NCBI GenBank assembly: GCA_029939895.1
Contig: JAOZSB010000003.1
Location: 1-42,238 of the forward strand
Length of the DNA stretch: 42,238 nt
Source of the DNA: Desulfobacterales bacterium
GTDB lineage: Bacteria > Desulfobacterota > Desulfobacteria > Desulfobacterales > JAOZSB01
Reading direction: 5' to 3'
A program made the position numbers and the translations under genes. The notes beneath the pieces are model-generated. The model saw only the letters and a program-made list of their open reading frames with translations. It did no database searches and had not been told where the DNA came from. Position 1 is the stretch's first letter. Every line of letters starts with the position of its first letter. Positions 33,113-42,238 of this stretch are shown here, piece by piece.

Positions 33113-33445
33113 ATGAAAAATATTGGCAGCACCAGACTAAAAAAAGACGACAAGGTAAAGGTTCTTGCCGGCAAAGATAAAGGGAAGATCAGCAAAGTCA
33201 TCAGGATTGATTTTAAGAACAGCAGGGTGCTGATTGAAAACGTAAATATGGTAAAACGTCATATGCGACCCAATGCACAGAATAAGCAGGGTGGCATTGT
33301 TGACAAAGAGGCACCGCTGGCCTGGTCAAATGTTATGCTTGTTTGCAGCAAGTGCTTAAAGCCGACCAGGGTGTCCATTAAAACTTTGGATGATGGTAAG
33401 AGAGTCCGGGTTTGCAAAAAATGCAACGAGGTAATTGATGCCTGA
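33113..33445 (+). CDS. rplX: 50S ribosomal protein L24
   Basis: KOW motif VLAGKDKGK, EAPL..SNV. Confidence 0.98.
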   Translation: MKNIGSTRLKKDDKVKVLAGKDKGKISKVIRIDFKNSRVLIENVNMVKRHMRPNAQNKQGGIVDKEAPLAWSNVMLVCSKCLKPTRVSIKTLDDGKRVRVCKKCNEVIDA

Positions 33446-33584
33446 TACAAGGCACTGACCGCCTTGGTCGGATATTGTTCTGACCAGTGGCCCTTTAGCA
33501 AAACATGAAAGAACCTTGCATGTTGAAAAAAAAGTTCTTTCATATATAGAAATTAGTTTTTTGGATTCATGACGGAGTAAGAAG

Positions 33585-34124
33585 ATGTCGCAGATTAAGG
33601 AATTTTACGAAACAGATGTTGTTCCCAAACTTATTGAAAAATTTGGGTACACGAACAAATTTCAAGTACCCAAGATCGATAAGATAGTCCTGAACATGGG
33701 ACTTGGAGAGGCGATTCAGAATATAAAAGTGCTTGATTCCGCAGTTGAAGAGATTGCTTTGATCGCAGGCCAGAAGCCTGTTATTACAAGAGCAAAAAAA
33801 TCAATCGCGGCTTTTAAGCTCAGGACAGGAATGCCAATCGGTTGCATGGTGACTCTGAGAAGACAAAAAATGTTCGATTTTTATAACAAATTTGTAAACA
33901 TTGCTCTTCCCCGTGTTAAAGACTTCAGGGGTATTTCTGGCAAATCTTTTGATGGAAAGGGAAACTATTCCCTTGGTATCAAAGAACACATAATTTTTAC
34001 AGAAATCGATTATGACAGGTTAGATCATATTAAAGGCATGAATATATCAATCGTAACCACGGCCAAGACCGATGAGGAAGGCAAAGAACTCCTCAGACTC
34101 CTTGGTATGCCGTTCAAGAATTAA
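33585..34124 (+). CDS. rplE: 50S ribosomal protein L5
   Basis: [18 protein letters not shown]. Confidence 0.99.
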   Translation: MSQIKEFYETDVVPKLIEKFGYTNKFQVPKIDKIVLNMGLGEAIQNIKVLDSAVEEIALIAGQKPVITRAKKSIAAFKLRTGMPIGCMVTLRRQKMFDFYNKFVNIALPRVKDFRGISGKSFDGKGNYSLGIKEHIIFTEIDYDRLDHIKGMNISIVTTAKTDEEGKELLRLLGMPFKN

Positions 34125-34141
34125 TCGATAAGGAGGCCGGA

Positions 34142-34327
34142 TTGGCTAGAAAAGCGCTAAGAGAAAAGGCAAGTAGAAAACCCAAGTTTGGGGTGCGGGC
34201 ATATAACAGATGCCCAATCTGCGGACGACCGAGGGCTTTCTTGAGAAGATTCGGAATTTGCAGGATATGTTTTAGAAATCTTGCTTCCCAGGGAAAGCTT
34301 CCAGGGGTGATAAAGTCAAGTTGGTAG
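34142..34327 (+). CDS. rpsN: 30S ribosomal protein S14 (Zn-binding short form)
   Basis: RCPICGR...[14 protein letters not shown]; TTG start behind AGGAGG. Confidence 0.98.
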   Translation: MARKALREKASRKPKFGVRAYNRCPICGRPRAFLRRFGICRICFRNLASQGKLPGVIKSSW

Positions 34328-34358
34328 CAAACGAAAATGTTTTTGGAGTAATTGCAAC

Positions 34359-34757
34359 ATGAAGGTGACAGATTCCATAGCAGATATGCTTACGAGAATT
34401 CGCAACGCAGGCAGAGCAAAATTCAACAGTGTAGATATTCCTGGTTCCAAGATGAAAATCGATATAGCCAGGGTCCTCAAGAGCGAGGGATACATTAAGA
34501 ATTATAAGTTTGTCAAAGATAGCAAACAAGGAGTTCTGCGGGTTTACTTAAAATATGGTCCAGACAGCAGGCACGCTATTTACGGTATTGAAAGAGCGAG
34601 CAAGTCAAGCAGGCGACTGTACTCAAAAAGTAAAAATATTAAACCCGTACTCAACGGACTTGGCATTTCGATCCTGACTACCTCAAGGGGAGTCATGGCC
34701 GACAAGGAAGCTAAAAAGATGAATACAGGTGGAGAAGTTATCTGCCGAGTCTGGTAG
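34359..34757 (+). CDS. rpsH: 30S ribosomal protein S8
   Basis: IADMLTRIRNA, GGEVIC. Confidence 0.99.
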   Translation: MKVTDSIADMLTRIRNAGRAKFNSVDIPGSKMKIDIARVLKSEGYIKNYKFVKDSKQGVLRVYLKYGPDSRHAIYGIERASKSSRRLYSKSKNIKPVLNGLGISILTTSRGVMADKEAKKMNTGGEVICRVW

Positions 34758-34758
34758 C

Positions 34759-35075
34759 CTTTTGCTTATTTACCGCAATAACCAGGTGAATGAACTGAAT
34801 TTATAAAAGGCTATGTTGTTAGATTTAATCATTTAGAGCTTGTTTGCTTTTTTTTTAACCGAAACATCGGGATAAACAAAATCATAGCTCAGTCAAAAAT
34901 TTTGGTTTATTAGAAGCTTTTTGCTTATTTCATAACCAGACCAGCGAAATAAACTAAGCAACCTGCTTCGAAGGTAATTTTAAGTTTATTGGGAGTTTTT
35001 TTGTTTATTTCATAACCAAACCACTTGGATAAACTAAGCAGAAAGCTTCGTTGTTACTATTAAGTTTATTGGGAG
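34759..35075 (+). repeat. Four tandem copies of ~80-bp element upstream of rplF, increasingly decayed toward the 5' side
   Basis: units ~34759-34838, 34839-34916, 34917-34995, 34996-35075; last GGAG is 6 nt before ATG 35082. Confidence 0.93.
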
Positions 35076-35081
35076 TACAAA

Positions 35082-35618
35082 ATGTCGCGAGTTGGCAAAA
35101 AACCGATAGAGATACCTGCAAAGACAACAGTATCATATAAAGATAGGGTTGTGACTGTTAAGGGGGCAAAGGGAAGCCTTGATTTGACCGTGCATCCGGC
35201 AGTCGATCTTTTAGTTGAGGATAGCAAAGTTAACGTCAACCTTATAAAAGATGACAAACAGAGCAGAGCAATTCAGGGCTTGATGAGATCTCTTGTCGCA
35301 AATATGATTATTGGAACAGACAAAGGCTTTGAAAAAATTCTGGAGCTTAACGGGATAGGTTATAAGGCTGAAGTTAAAGGAAATCAAATATTATTCAACC
35401 TTGGCTTTTCACATCAGATTAGTTTTGAGTTGCCAGAAAGCATCAGCGCAACCATTGATAGAAAGCAGATAAAACTTACCGGGATTGACAAAGAAATTCT
35501 GGGAAGAACCGCTGCATCCATTAGAGATCTAAGGCCACCTGAGCCATATAAGGGCAAGGGCATTAAATATCTTGAAGAGAGAATAATCAGAAAGGCTGGC
35601 AAGACCGGCGCAAAATAA
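35082..35618 (+). CDS. rplF: 50S ribosomal protein L6
   Basis: MSRVGKKP, PEPYKGKGI. Confidence 0.99.
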   Translation: MSRVGKKPIEIPAKTTVSYKDRVVTVKGAKGSLDLTVHPAVDLLVEDSKVNVNLIKDDKQSRAIQGLMRSLVANMIIGTDKGFEKILELNGIGYKAEVKGNQILFNLGFSHQISFELPESISATIDRKQIKLTGIDKEILGRTAASIRDLRPPEPYKGKGIKYLEERIIRKAGKTGAK

Positions 35619-35636
35619 AAAAGGGAATTTTTAACA

Positions 35637-36005
35637 ATGGGCGCTACAAACCCAAGACTTCTTGCGAGGCAAAAGCGTAAGAAAAGAATCAGGAAGAGAA
35701 TTATCATATCAGCTGACAGACCAAGGTTGAGCGTATTTAGAAGTGCAAAACACATGTACGCACAAATTGTTGATGATATAAGCGGGAATACCCTTGTTGC
35801 TGCATCTTCATTAGAAAAAGAAGTAGCAGAAAATAAAGAGTTGAAAAACAAGACCGATAGAGCCAAGGTTGTTGGCCAGATGGTTGCAGCCAGGGCAAAA
35901 GAAAAAGGTATCAGCCGTGTTGTTTTCGACAGGAATGGATTTCTTTACCACGGCAGAGTAAAAGCAGTTTCTGACGGTGCCCGTAAAGCTGGTTTGGAAT
36001 TATAG
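35637..36005 (+). CDS. rplR: 50S ribosomal protein L18
   Basis: RPRLSVFRS, VVFDRNG.YHGRV. Confidence 0.99.
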   Translation: MGATNPRLLARQKRKKRIRKRIIISADRPRLSVFRSAKHMYAQIVDDISGNTLVAASSLEKEVAENKELKNKTDRAKVVGQMVAARAKEKGISRVVFDRNGFLYHGRVKAVSDGARKAGLEL

Positions 36006-36020
36006 GCGAAAGATAAAACA

Positions 36021-36178
36021 TTTTATTTGCTTGTTTGTTAACCGAGCCATTTGAATAAACAAAGGTAATGCTTCGCTAAGAATTTAAGTTTATTAGGAGC
36101 TTTTTTGCTTATTTCATAACCAGACCTTAGGGATAAACTATGGTTTGGCTTCGACAAAACATTTAAGTTTATTGGGAG
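36021..36178 (+). repeat. Two tandem copies of ~80-bp element upstream of rpsE
   Basis: units 36021-36099 and 36100-36178; GGAGG ends 7 nt before TTG 36187. Confidence 0.93.
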
Positions 36179-36186
36179 GAAAGTCC

Positions 36187-36681
36187 TTGATAAGGCGAGA
36201 ACAGGAAGATAGTCAATATATCGATAAAGTCGTTTATATAAACCGTGTTGCAAAGGTTGTTAAGGGCGGACGTAGATTCAGCTTTAGTGCGATTGTTGTT
36301 GTAGGAGATGGCCAGGGCATGGTTGGTTTCGGCCTGGGCAAAGCTGGAGAAGTCCCAGAAGCGATAAGAAAAGGCGTTGAAAAGGCCAAAAAAACTATGG
36401 TCAGTGTTCCTCTTGTAGATGGAACCATACCTTACGAAGTTGTTGGGAGGTACGGCGCTGGCAGGGTACTTTTAAAACCAGCCTCACAGGGAACTGGCGT
36501 TATTGCCGGTGGTGCTGTTCGTGCTGTGCTTGAAGCGGTCGGCGTTCAGAATATTCTTACCAAGTGCCTTGGATCGAACAACCCTCATAATGTGGTAAAA
36601 GCGACTATCAGCGGGCTGAGTGGTTTACAGAGCAAGGAACAAATAGCTGCAAGACGCGGAATTAACCCTGCGGATCTTTAA
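36187..36681 (+). CDS. rpsE: 30S ribosomal protein S5
   Basis: [21 protein letters not shown]; start moved to TTG 36187 because the upstream extension is repeat sequence. Confidence 0.98.
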   Translation: MIRREQEDSQYIDKVVYINRVAKVVKGGRRFSFSAIVVVGDGQGMVGFGLGKAGEVPEAIRKGVEKAKKTMVSVPLVDGTIPYEVVGRYGAGRVLLKPASQGTGVIAGGAVRAVLEAVGVQNILTKCLGSNNPHNVVKATISGLSGLQSKEQIAARRGINPADL

Positions 36682-36693
36682 AGGTGCGGAAAA

Positions 36694-36876
36694 ATGGCTG
36701 ATAAAATTAAAATTACAATGATTAAATCCATGATAGGCAGACCTGAAAAGCACAGAAAAGTGCTTAGGGGGATGGGCCTTACAAAAATAAATAAAACCGT
36801 GGAACTTGTAGACACACCCTCAACAAGAGGAATGGTCAACAAGGTTTGCCATCTGGTTAAGGTCGAGGAGAACTAA
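36694..36876 (+). CDS. rpmD: 50S ribosomal protein L30
   Basis: [16 protein letters not shown]. Confidence 0.97.
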   Translation: MADKIKITMIKSMIGRPEKHRKVLRGMGLTKINKTVELVDTPSTRGMVNKVCHLVKVEEN

Positions 36877-36879
36877 AAA

Positions 36880-37320
36880 ATGAAGCTGCATGAACTTTCT
36901 CCTGCAAAGGGATCGACAAGACCAAGAAAGCGTGTTGGAAGAGGACCTGGTTCCGGAACTGGCACATTCGCTGGTCGAGGTTGTAATGGTCAGAACAGTA
37001 GAAGTGGCGGTGGCGTTAGACCGGGTTTTGAAGGCGGCCAGATGCCTCTACAGAGAAGGCTTCCCAAAAGAGGCTTTACAAATATATTTAAGAAAAAATA
37101 CGCCCTGATCAATATTTCAGACCTTGTAAAGTTTGATGGAAGTGCTGTTGTTGATGAGGTTGCTCTTGTAAAAGCCGGACTGGTAAAGGGCAAAAGGGAT
37201 GGCGTTAAACTCCTTGGTAATGGTGAACTTAGCGTAGCTTTGACAATCAAGGTTGACAAGGCAAGCAAGGGGGCGGTCGAAAAAGTTGAGGCTGCCGGCG
37301 GAAAAATAGATTTAAGCTGA
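36880..37320 (+). CDS. rplO: 50S ribosomal protein L15
   Basis: RVGRG, GFEGGQMPL.RRLPKRGF. Confidence 0.99.
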   Translation: MKLHELSPAKGSTRPRKRVGRGPGSGTGTFAGRGCNGQNSRSGGGVRPGFEGGQMPLQRRLPKRGFTNIFKKKYALINISDLVKFDGSAVVDEVALVKAGLVKGKRDGVKLLGNGELSVALTIKVDKASKGAVEKVEAAGGKIDLS

Positions 37321-37385
37321 TACACCCTTGGAGTTATTTTTTTTTGTTCAGGCAATAACTAACAATTTTTTAGGATGAAAATAAA

Positions 37386-38678
37386 TTGGTAGGCAGCAGC
37401 GTAAGAAATATATTTAAGATTCCAGAGCTAAAAAAGCGCATACTTTTTACTGCACTGTTACTTGCGGTTTACAGAGTTGGCGTTCATGTTCCAACACCTG
37501 GAATTGATGCAGGAGCTTTGGCAGATTTTTTCGCAAGGGCGCAGGACACGATATTTGGTCTTTTCAATATGTTCTCTGGTGGAGCATTGGAAAGGCTCTC
37601 TGTTTTTGCCCTGGGAATTATGCCTTACATCAGCGCATCAATTATTTTGCAGCTTTTAACCGTTGCAATTCCTCACCTGGAAAGACTTTCAAAAGAAGGT
37701 GAGCAGGGAAGAAAAAAGATAACCCAGTACACCCGTTATGGTACTGTATTCCTGAGTATAATTCAGGGATTCGGAATCAGCGTCGGGCTTGAGCAGATGG
37801 GTGTTGTACTTGATCCGGGATGGTCCTTTAGAGTCATGACGGTGCTTACACTTACTGCTGGAACAGCATTTATCATGTGGCTTGGGGAACAGATTACAGA
37901 ACACGGAATCGGAAACGGCATATCATTAATAATATTTGCCGGTATCGTTGCCAGGTTACCCGCTGCTACATCAAAAACTTTCAAGATGATGACCACTGGC
38001 GATATGGGAATTTTTGGTGTAATTCTTTTGACAGCCTTCATGGTTGGTGTAATTGCAATTATAGTATTTATGGAACAGGGGCAGCGCAGGCTCCCGGTGC
38101 AGTATCCAAAACGGATGGTTGGCAGAAAAATGTATGGAGGACAGGCATCCTATCTTCCATTAAAGATAAACACCTCTGGTGTTATTCCGCCGATTTTTGC
38201 ATCATCTATAATAATGTTTCCTGCAACCGCCGCTGGTTTTATTGATGTACCCTGGATGAAAGCTGTTGCAGATGCGCTTCGTCCTGGCAGTATTTTTTAT
38301 GAAGTTCCATTTATAGCCCTGATATTCTTTTTCTGTTACTTTTATACTGCTGTAACATTTAATCCATCAGATGTTGCGGACAATCTTAAAAAACAGGGTG
38401 GATTTATTCCAGGCATAAGGCCTGGCAAAAGAACAGCCGATTTTATAGATCGTGTTCTTACCCGGATTACACTTGGAGGTGCGATTTACATATCAGCAAT
38501 ATGCGTCCTCCCGTCTATAATGATGACAAAATTCAACGTACCCTTCTACTTTGGCGGCACATCACTTTTGATTGTTGTTGGAGTTGCAATCGACACAGTA
38601 TCGCAGATTGAATCACACATGCTTAGTCGTAATTACGAAGGATTTTTGAAAAAAGGTACTATGAAGGGCAGACGGTAA
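37386..38678 (+). CDS. secY: Preprotein translocase subunit SecY
   Basis: [35 protein letters not shown]. Confidence 0.99.
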   Translation: MVGSSVRNIFKIPELKKRILFTALLLAVYRVGVHVPTPGIDAGALADFFARAQDTIFGLFNMFSGGALERLSVFALGIMPYISASIILQLLTVAIPHLERLSKEGEQGRKKITQYTRYGTVFLSIIQGFGISVGLEQMGVVLDPGWSFRVMTVLTLTAGTAFIMWLGEQITEHGIGNGISLIIFAGIVARLPAATSKTFKMMTTGDMGIFGVILLTAFMVGVIAIIVFMEQGQRRLPVQYPKRMVGRKMYGGQASYLPLKINTSGVIPPIFASSIIMFPATAAGFIDVPWMKAVADALRPGSIFYEVPFIALIFFFCYFYTAVTFNPSDVADNLKKQGGFIPGIRPGKRTADFIDRVLTRITLGGAIYISAICVLPSIMMTKFNVPFYFGGTSLLIVVGVAIDTVSQIESHMLSRNYEGFLKKGTMKGRR

Positions 38679-38759
38679 TTTCATTGCTTTGATTCTTAAA
38701 AAATAAGAATCAGAGTGCAATTAAAAATTTAGTAGTTATATTTGAAAAAGGATAAAAGC

Positions 38760-38978
38760 ATGGCTAAAGAAGAAGCAATCAGAGTTGAGGGAACGGTGAG
38801 AGAAACGTTGCCCAATGCCATGTTCAAGGTTGAGCTTGAAAATAAACATCAGGTTTTGGCTCATATATCTGGAAAAATGCGAATGCATTTTATCAAGATA
38901 CTGCCTGGAGATACAGTAACAGTCGAACTTTCTCCCTATGATCTTTCACGGGGCAGGATTGTTTACAGGGCTAAGTAG
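38760..38978 (+). CDS. infA: Translation initiation factor IF-1
   Basis: MAKEEAI, LPNAMF, HISGKMR, SPYDL; start moved to ATG 38760. Confidence 0.98.
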   Translation: MAKEEAIRVEGTVRETLPNAMFKVELENKHQVLAHISGKMRMHFIKILPGDTVTVELSPYDLSRGRIVYRAK

Positions 38979-38994
38979 TTATTGGAGAGATTTT

Positions 38995-39108
38995 ATGAAA
39001 GTAAGAGCTTCAGTTAAAAAAATGTGCGCAAAATGCAAGATTGTCCGCAGGAAAAATGTTGTGCGGGTCATTTGCGAAAACAAAAGACATAAACAAAGGC
39101 AAGGTTAA
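38995..39108 (+). CDS. rpmJ: 50S ribosomal protein L36 (Zn-ribbon form)
   Basis: manual translation [37 protein letters not shown]; absent from the ORF track. Confidence 0.97.
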   Translation: MKVRASVKKMCAKCKIVRRKNVVRVICENKRHKQRQG

Positions 39109-39119
39109 GGAGGATAGGT

Positions 39120-39503
39120 TTGGCTAGGATCGCAGGAGTTGACTTGCCCAGGGGCAAGCGCGTGGAGATCGGGATAACCTATATCAGGGGCATTGGAAGA
39201 AGTTCCTCCCAAAAGATATTGGACAAGCTCAAGATTGATTACAATACCAAGACTGACGATTTATCTGATGCTGAAGTTAATGCAATTAGACGAGTAATTG
39301 ATGATGAGTACATGGTAGAAGGTGAACTTAGAACTGAAGTATCCATGAACATCAAAAGGCTTATGGATCTTGGTTGCTATAGAGGACTTCGTCATAGAAA
39401 GTCTCTCCCATGCCACGGTCAAAGAACAAGTACTAACGCCAGAACTCGAAAAGGGCCGAGACGAACGGCTGTTAAGAAAAAAGGCGGAGTCAAGAAGAAA
39501 TAA
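39120..39503 (+). CDS. rpsM: 30S ribosomal protein S13
   Basis: [26 protein letters not shown]. Confidence 0.99.
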   Translation: MARIAGVDLPRGKRVEIGITYIRGIGRSSSQKILDKLKIDYNTKTDDLSDAEVNAIRRVIDDEYMVEGELRTEVSMNIKRLMDLGCYRGLRHRKSLPCHGQRTSTNARTRKGPRRTAVKKKGGVKKK

Positions 39504-39584
39504 TCCTTTTTTCGATTTATGATTTTTTGATTATAAATACTAATCAAAATTAAAAAAATCATAATATCTAAGGTTTATCAGGAG

Positions 39585-39663
39585 TTTTTTATTTTATTGT
39601 CTTCCATATCTTATGGATTAGCTAAATAAAATGCTTCGATGAAAAATTTAAGTTTATTGGGAG
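39585..39663 (+). repeat. Diverged copy of ~80-bp element upstream of rpsK, preceded by a decayed unit/AT-rich hairpin ending in GTTTATCAGGAG
   Basis: TTTTATTT...AAATAAAA and CCATA/TATGG stems, GCTTCG, TTAAGTTTATTGGGAG; 79 bp long. Confidence 0.85.
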
Positions 39664-39677
39664 GCTGCAGGAAAGAC

Positions 39678-40067
39678 ATGGCGAAGAAAAAAGGCCGCGT
39701 AAAGAAAAAAGAGAAAAAGAACGTGCCGAGTGGGGTTGTTCATATACAATCGACGTTCAATAATACAATAGTAACGATAACAGATCCGGTTGGTGGCGTT
39801 GTTTCATGGTCCAGTGCTGGTGTGCAGGGATTTAAAGGCTCAAGAAAGAGTACTCCCTTTGCTGCACAGATGGCTGCTGAAGATGCTGCGAAAAAAGCAA
39901 TGGAGCATGGCATGAGAAGCGTTGAAGTGTATGTTAAAGGCCCCGGTGCCGGACGCGAATCAGCTCTGAGGGCACTTCAGGCGGCTGGATTCACTATTTT
40001 AAATATTAAGGATGTCACTCCGTTACCCCATAATGGATGTCGCCCCCCGAAAAGGCGTAGAGTTTAA
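39678..40067 (+). CDS. rpsK: 30S ribosomal protein S11
   Basis: [28 protein letters not shown]; start moved to ATG 39678. Confidence 0.99.
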   Translation: MAKKKGRVKKKEKKNVPSGVVHIQSTFNNTIVTITDPVGGVVSWSSAGVQGFKGSRKSTPFAAQMAAEDAAKKAMEHGMRSVEVYVKGPGAGRESALRALQAAGFTILNIKDVTPLPHNGCRPPKRRRV

Positions 40068-40093
40068 CGATATAGATTCAAAGGAGGCAGGAC

Positions 40094-40723
40094 TTGGCAC
40101 GATATATAGGTTCAGTATGCCGTTTATGCAGGCGTGAAAATATGAAATTGTTCCTTAAAGGGGACAGGTGCTATTCGGACAAATGCTCATTCGACAGAAG
40201 AAGTTACCCACCAGGGCAGCACGGACAGCGCAGGGGCAGAAAAAATTCTGATTACGGTATACAGCTCAGAGAGAAGCAGAAGGTCAAGAGGATGTATGGC
40301 CTTTCGGAAAAACAGTTCAGACTGTTTTTCAAAAAGGCTGACCGTCAGAGAGGTATCACCGGCACAAACCTTTTGGTTAGCCTGGAAAGAAGAATAGATA
40401 ACTTTGTTTACAGAGCCGGCTTTGTTGATTCTCGAACACAGGGACGTCACTTTGTAAGACATAACCATTTTAAGGTTAATGGTAAAAAAGTTAATATCCC
40501 TTCATTTCAAGTAAAAGTCGGCGATATAATAGAAGTAAAAGAAAAAAGCAGGAGTGTGGAGATAATTACTCGCGCTCTGGAAGCGGTAGCAAGAAGAGGC
40601 GTTCCACAGTGGATTGAGCTTGAGAACGAAGCTTTTAAAGCGACTGTTAAGAGTTTTCCTGAAAGGGATGACCTTACAATGCCGATCCAGGAGCAGCTCA
40701 TAGTAGAGCTTTACTCCAAGTAA
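40094..40723 (+). CDS. rpsD: 30S ribosomal protein S4
   Basis: CRLCRRE, PPGQHG, QLREKQK, IVELYSK. Confidence 0.99.
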   Translation: MARYIGSVCRLCRRENMKLFLKGDRCYSDKCSFDRRSYPPGQHGQRRGRKNSDYGIQLREKQKVKRMYGLSEKQFRLFFKKADRQRGITGTNLLVSLERRIDNFVYRAGFVDSRTQGRHFVRHNHFKVNGKKVNIPSFQVKVGDIIEVKEKSRSVEIITRALEAVARRGVPQWIELENEAFKATVKSFPERDDLTMPIQEQLIVELYSK

Positions 40724-40754
40724 AAATCCGTTAATTTAATTCGGAGAGATAGCA

Positions 40755-41777
40755 ATGACGACGTCCAAAAGTCTAAAGTATATGAATTGGCGTGAGATGA
40801 TTAAACCCGACAAGGTGCAGCTTTCAAGTGCACCTGATTACGGCAAGTTCGTGTGTGAGCCTCTGGAAAGAGGTTATGGAATAACACTCGGTAACGCTTT
40901 GAGGCGCATAATTCTTTCGTCTCTTTGCGGTGCTGCAATAGTTTCTGTAAAGTTCGAAAACGTACCCCATGAGTTCTCTGTTGTGCCTGGTGTCCTTGAA
41001 GATGTATCTGAAATTCTTTTGAACCTTAAAGAAGTAAGACTGAGGATGACCGATGCAGATCCTCAGACAGTAACTATAGATGTTGACACACCGGGTGAAC
41101 TCACAGCAGCAAGCATTGTCAGCGGCAACGGGCGGGTGGAAGTACTTAATCCTGACCATGTAATAGCGACACTTTCAGAAAGTGCTTCGCTTTCAATGAC
41201 CCTGACTGTAAAACTTGGCAGGGGTTTTTCCCTGGCCGAGGCAAACAAAGACGAGGAAGCACCAATAGGTACAATACCCATTGATTCTGTTTTCTCGCCT
41301 ATTAAAAAAGTTAATTATGTAGTTGGAAATGCCAGGGTTGGTCAAAAGACTGACTATGACAAGCTGACTATGGAAGTCTGGACAGACAGCAGTTTACTTC
41401 CAGAGGATGCAGTGGCATATGCAGCAAAGATTTTTAAAGAGCAGATGTCCATCTTCATCAATTTTGATGAAGAGGCAGAGCCGGAACCAGCCAAGCTGAC
41501 CGAAGAAGTAAAGACACCCAAGTTTAATGAGAATCTCTATAGAAGTGTTGATGAGCTTGAGTTGTCGGTCAGAAGTGCCAATTGCCTTAAAAATGCTAAT
41601 ATTAACAAGTTATACCAGCTTGTCCAGAAAACAGAGGGTGAGATGCTCAAGACCAAAAACTTCGGTAGAAAGTCCTTGAATGAAATCAAGGAAGTTCTTC
41701 AGGAAATGGGTCTCTCCCTGGGTATGAATCTTGATGGATTCGAGCCACCGGACGAGATAGAAGATGACGAGGAGTAA
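40755..41777 (+). CDS. rpoA: RNA polymerase alpha subunit
   Basis: [34 protein letters not shown]. Confidence 0.99.
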   Translation: MTTSKSLKYMNWREMIKPDKVQLSSAPDYGKFVCEPLERGYGITLGNALRRIILSSLCGAAIVSVKFENVPHEFSVVPGVLEDVSEILLNLKEVRLRMTDADPQTVTIDVDTPGELTAASIVSGNGRVEVLNPDHVIATLSESASLSMTLTVKLGRGFSLAEANKDEEAPIGTIPIDSVFSPIKKVNYVVGNARVGQKTDYDKLTMEVWTDSSLLPEDAVAYAAKIFKEQMSIFINFDEEAEPEPAKLTEEVKTPKFNENLYRSVDELELSVRSANCLKNANINKLYQLVQKTEGEMLKTKNFGRKSLNEIKEVLQEMGLSLGMNLDGFEPPDEIEDDEE

Positions 41778-41786
41778 CATATAGCC

Positions 41787-42238
41787 ATGAGACACAGAAA
41801 TAAGACAGTCAAGCTGGGCAGAACAAGCAGTCACAGGGAAGCCATGTTCAGAAATATGGTAACATCCCTTTTGAAAAACGACAGGATTAGAACTACAGAC
41901 GCCAAGGCCAAGGCTTTGCGAAAGTGGGCAGATCACATAATCACACTTGCCAAACGTGGGGACCTCCACGCAAGACGGCAGGCTCTGGCTATTGTTCGCG
42001 AAAAAAATGTAGTGCATAAGATTTTTGAAGAAGCTGACGATCGTTTTGGTACAATAAATGGTGGATATACCAGAATAATAAAGCTTGGTATACGTCCGGG
42101 TGATTGTGCTTCCATGTCAATGGTGGAGCTGGTCGAGGTTGAGGCTCCAAAGAAAAAGAAGAAGAAAAAGAAGAAAAAAGCTGATCCGGTTGTAACTGCT
42201 CCAGTTGAAGAAGCAGTTGAGGAAGCAGCCGAAGAAGC
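41787..42238 (+). CDS. rplQ: 50S ribosomal protein L17 with C-terminal extension (runs off the window)
   Basis: manual translation [24 protein letters not shown]...[14 protein letters not shown]...VELV, then K10 and an acidic tail. Confidence 0.97.
   Translation, partial: MRHRNKTVKLGRTSSHREAMFRNMVTSLLKNDRIRTTDAKAKALRKWADHIITLAKRGDLHARRQALAIVREKNVVHKIFEEADDRFGTINGGYTRIIKLGIRPGDCASMSMVELVEVEAPKKKKKKKKKKADPVVTAPVEEAVEEAAEE

Noticed and set aside
34142-34327. Zn-ribbon forms of S14, L33, L36, S4 and frequent TTG/GTG starts
   Set aside because: Ordinary for this lineage.
34759-35075. Repeat as a classical MITE or IS end
   Set aside because: No terminal inverted repeats at unit boundaries; the palindrome is internal and the orientation is strictly polar.
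36145-36186. N-terminal extensions on S5, S19, S11 and the UXS-like protein (e.g. ..LSLLGG..)
   Set aside because: These are translations of the repeat tail TTAAGTTTATTGGGAG; the true starts lie downstream of its SD.

Overview
Core-genome window from a probable Desulfobacterales-type deltaproteobacterium (inferred from protein style and gene order). Bases 1-9.6 kb hold a UDP-glucuronate decarboxylase-like gene, two aldolases, hisB-lipoprotein-hisA, a YcaO-TPR protein and an MltD-like LysM transglycosylase. The rest is the transcription/translation supercluster: tRNA-Thr/Tyr/Gly/Thr, tuf, rpmG, tRNA-Trp, secE, nusG, rplKAJL, rpoBC, rpsLG, a second tuf, and the S10, spc and alpha operons to rplQ. 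Two features stand out. (1) A ~79-81 bp structured element, which I do not recognise, occurs about 18 times plus fragments. It sits in 1-4-unit tandem arrays, is always sense to the downstream gene, shows compensatory base-pair changes, and its terminal GGAG lies at the Shine-Dalgarno position of ycaO, secE, nusG, tuf, rpsS, rplP, rplF, rpsE, rpsK and the first gene. One array sits where fusA is missing. (2) RpoC carries a ~100-aa insertion that looks like a parvulin/PpiC prolyl-isomerase domain. All calls are by eye; no database searches were run.
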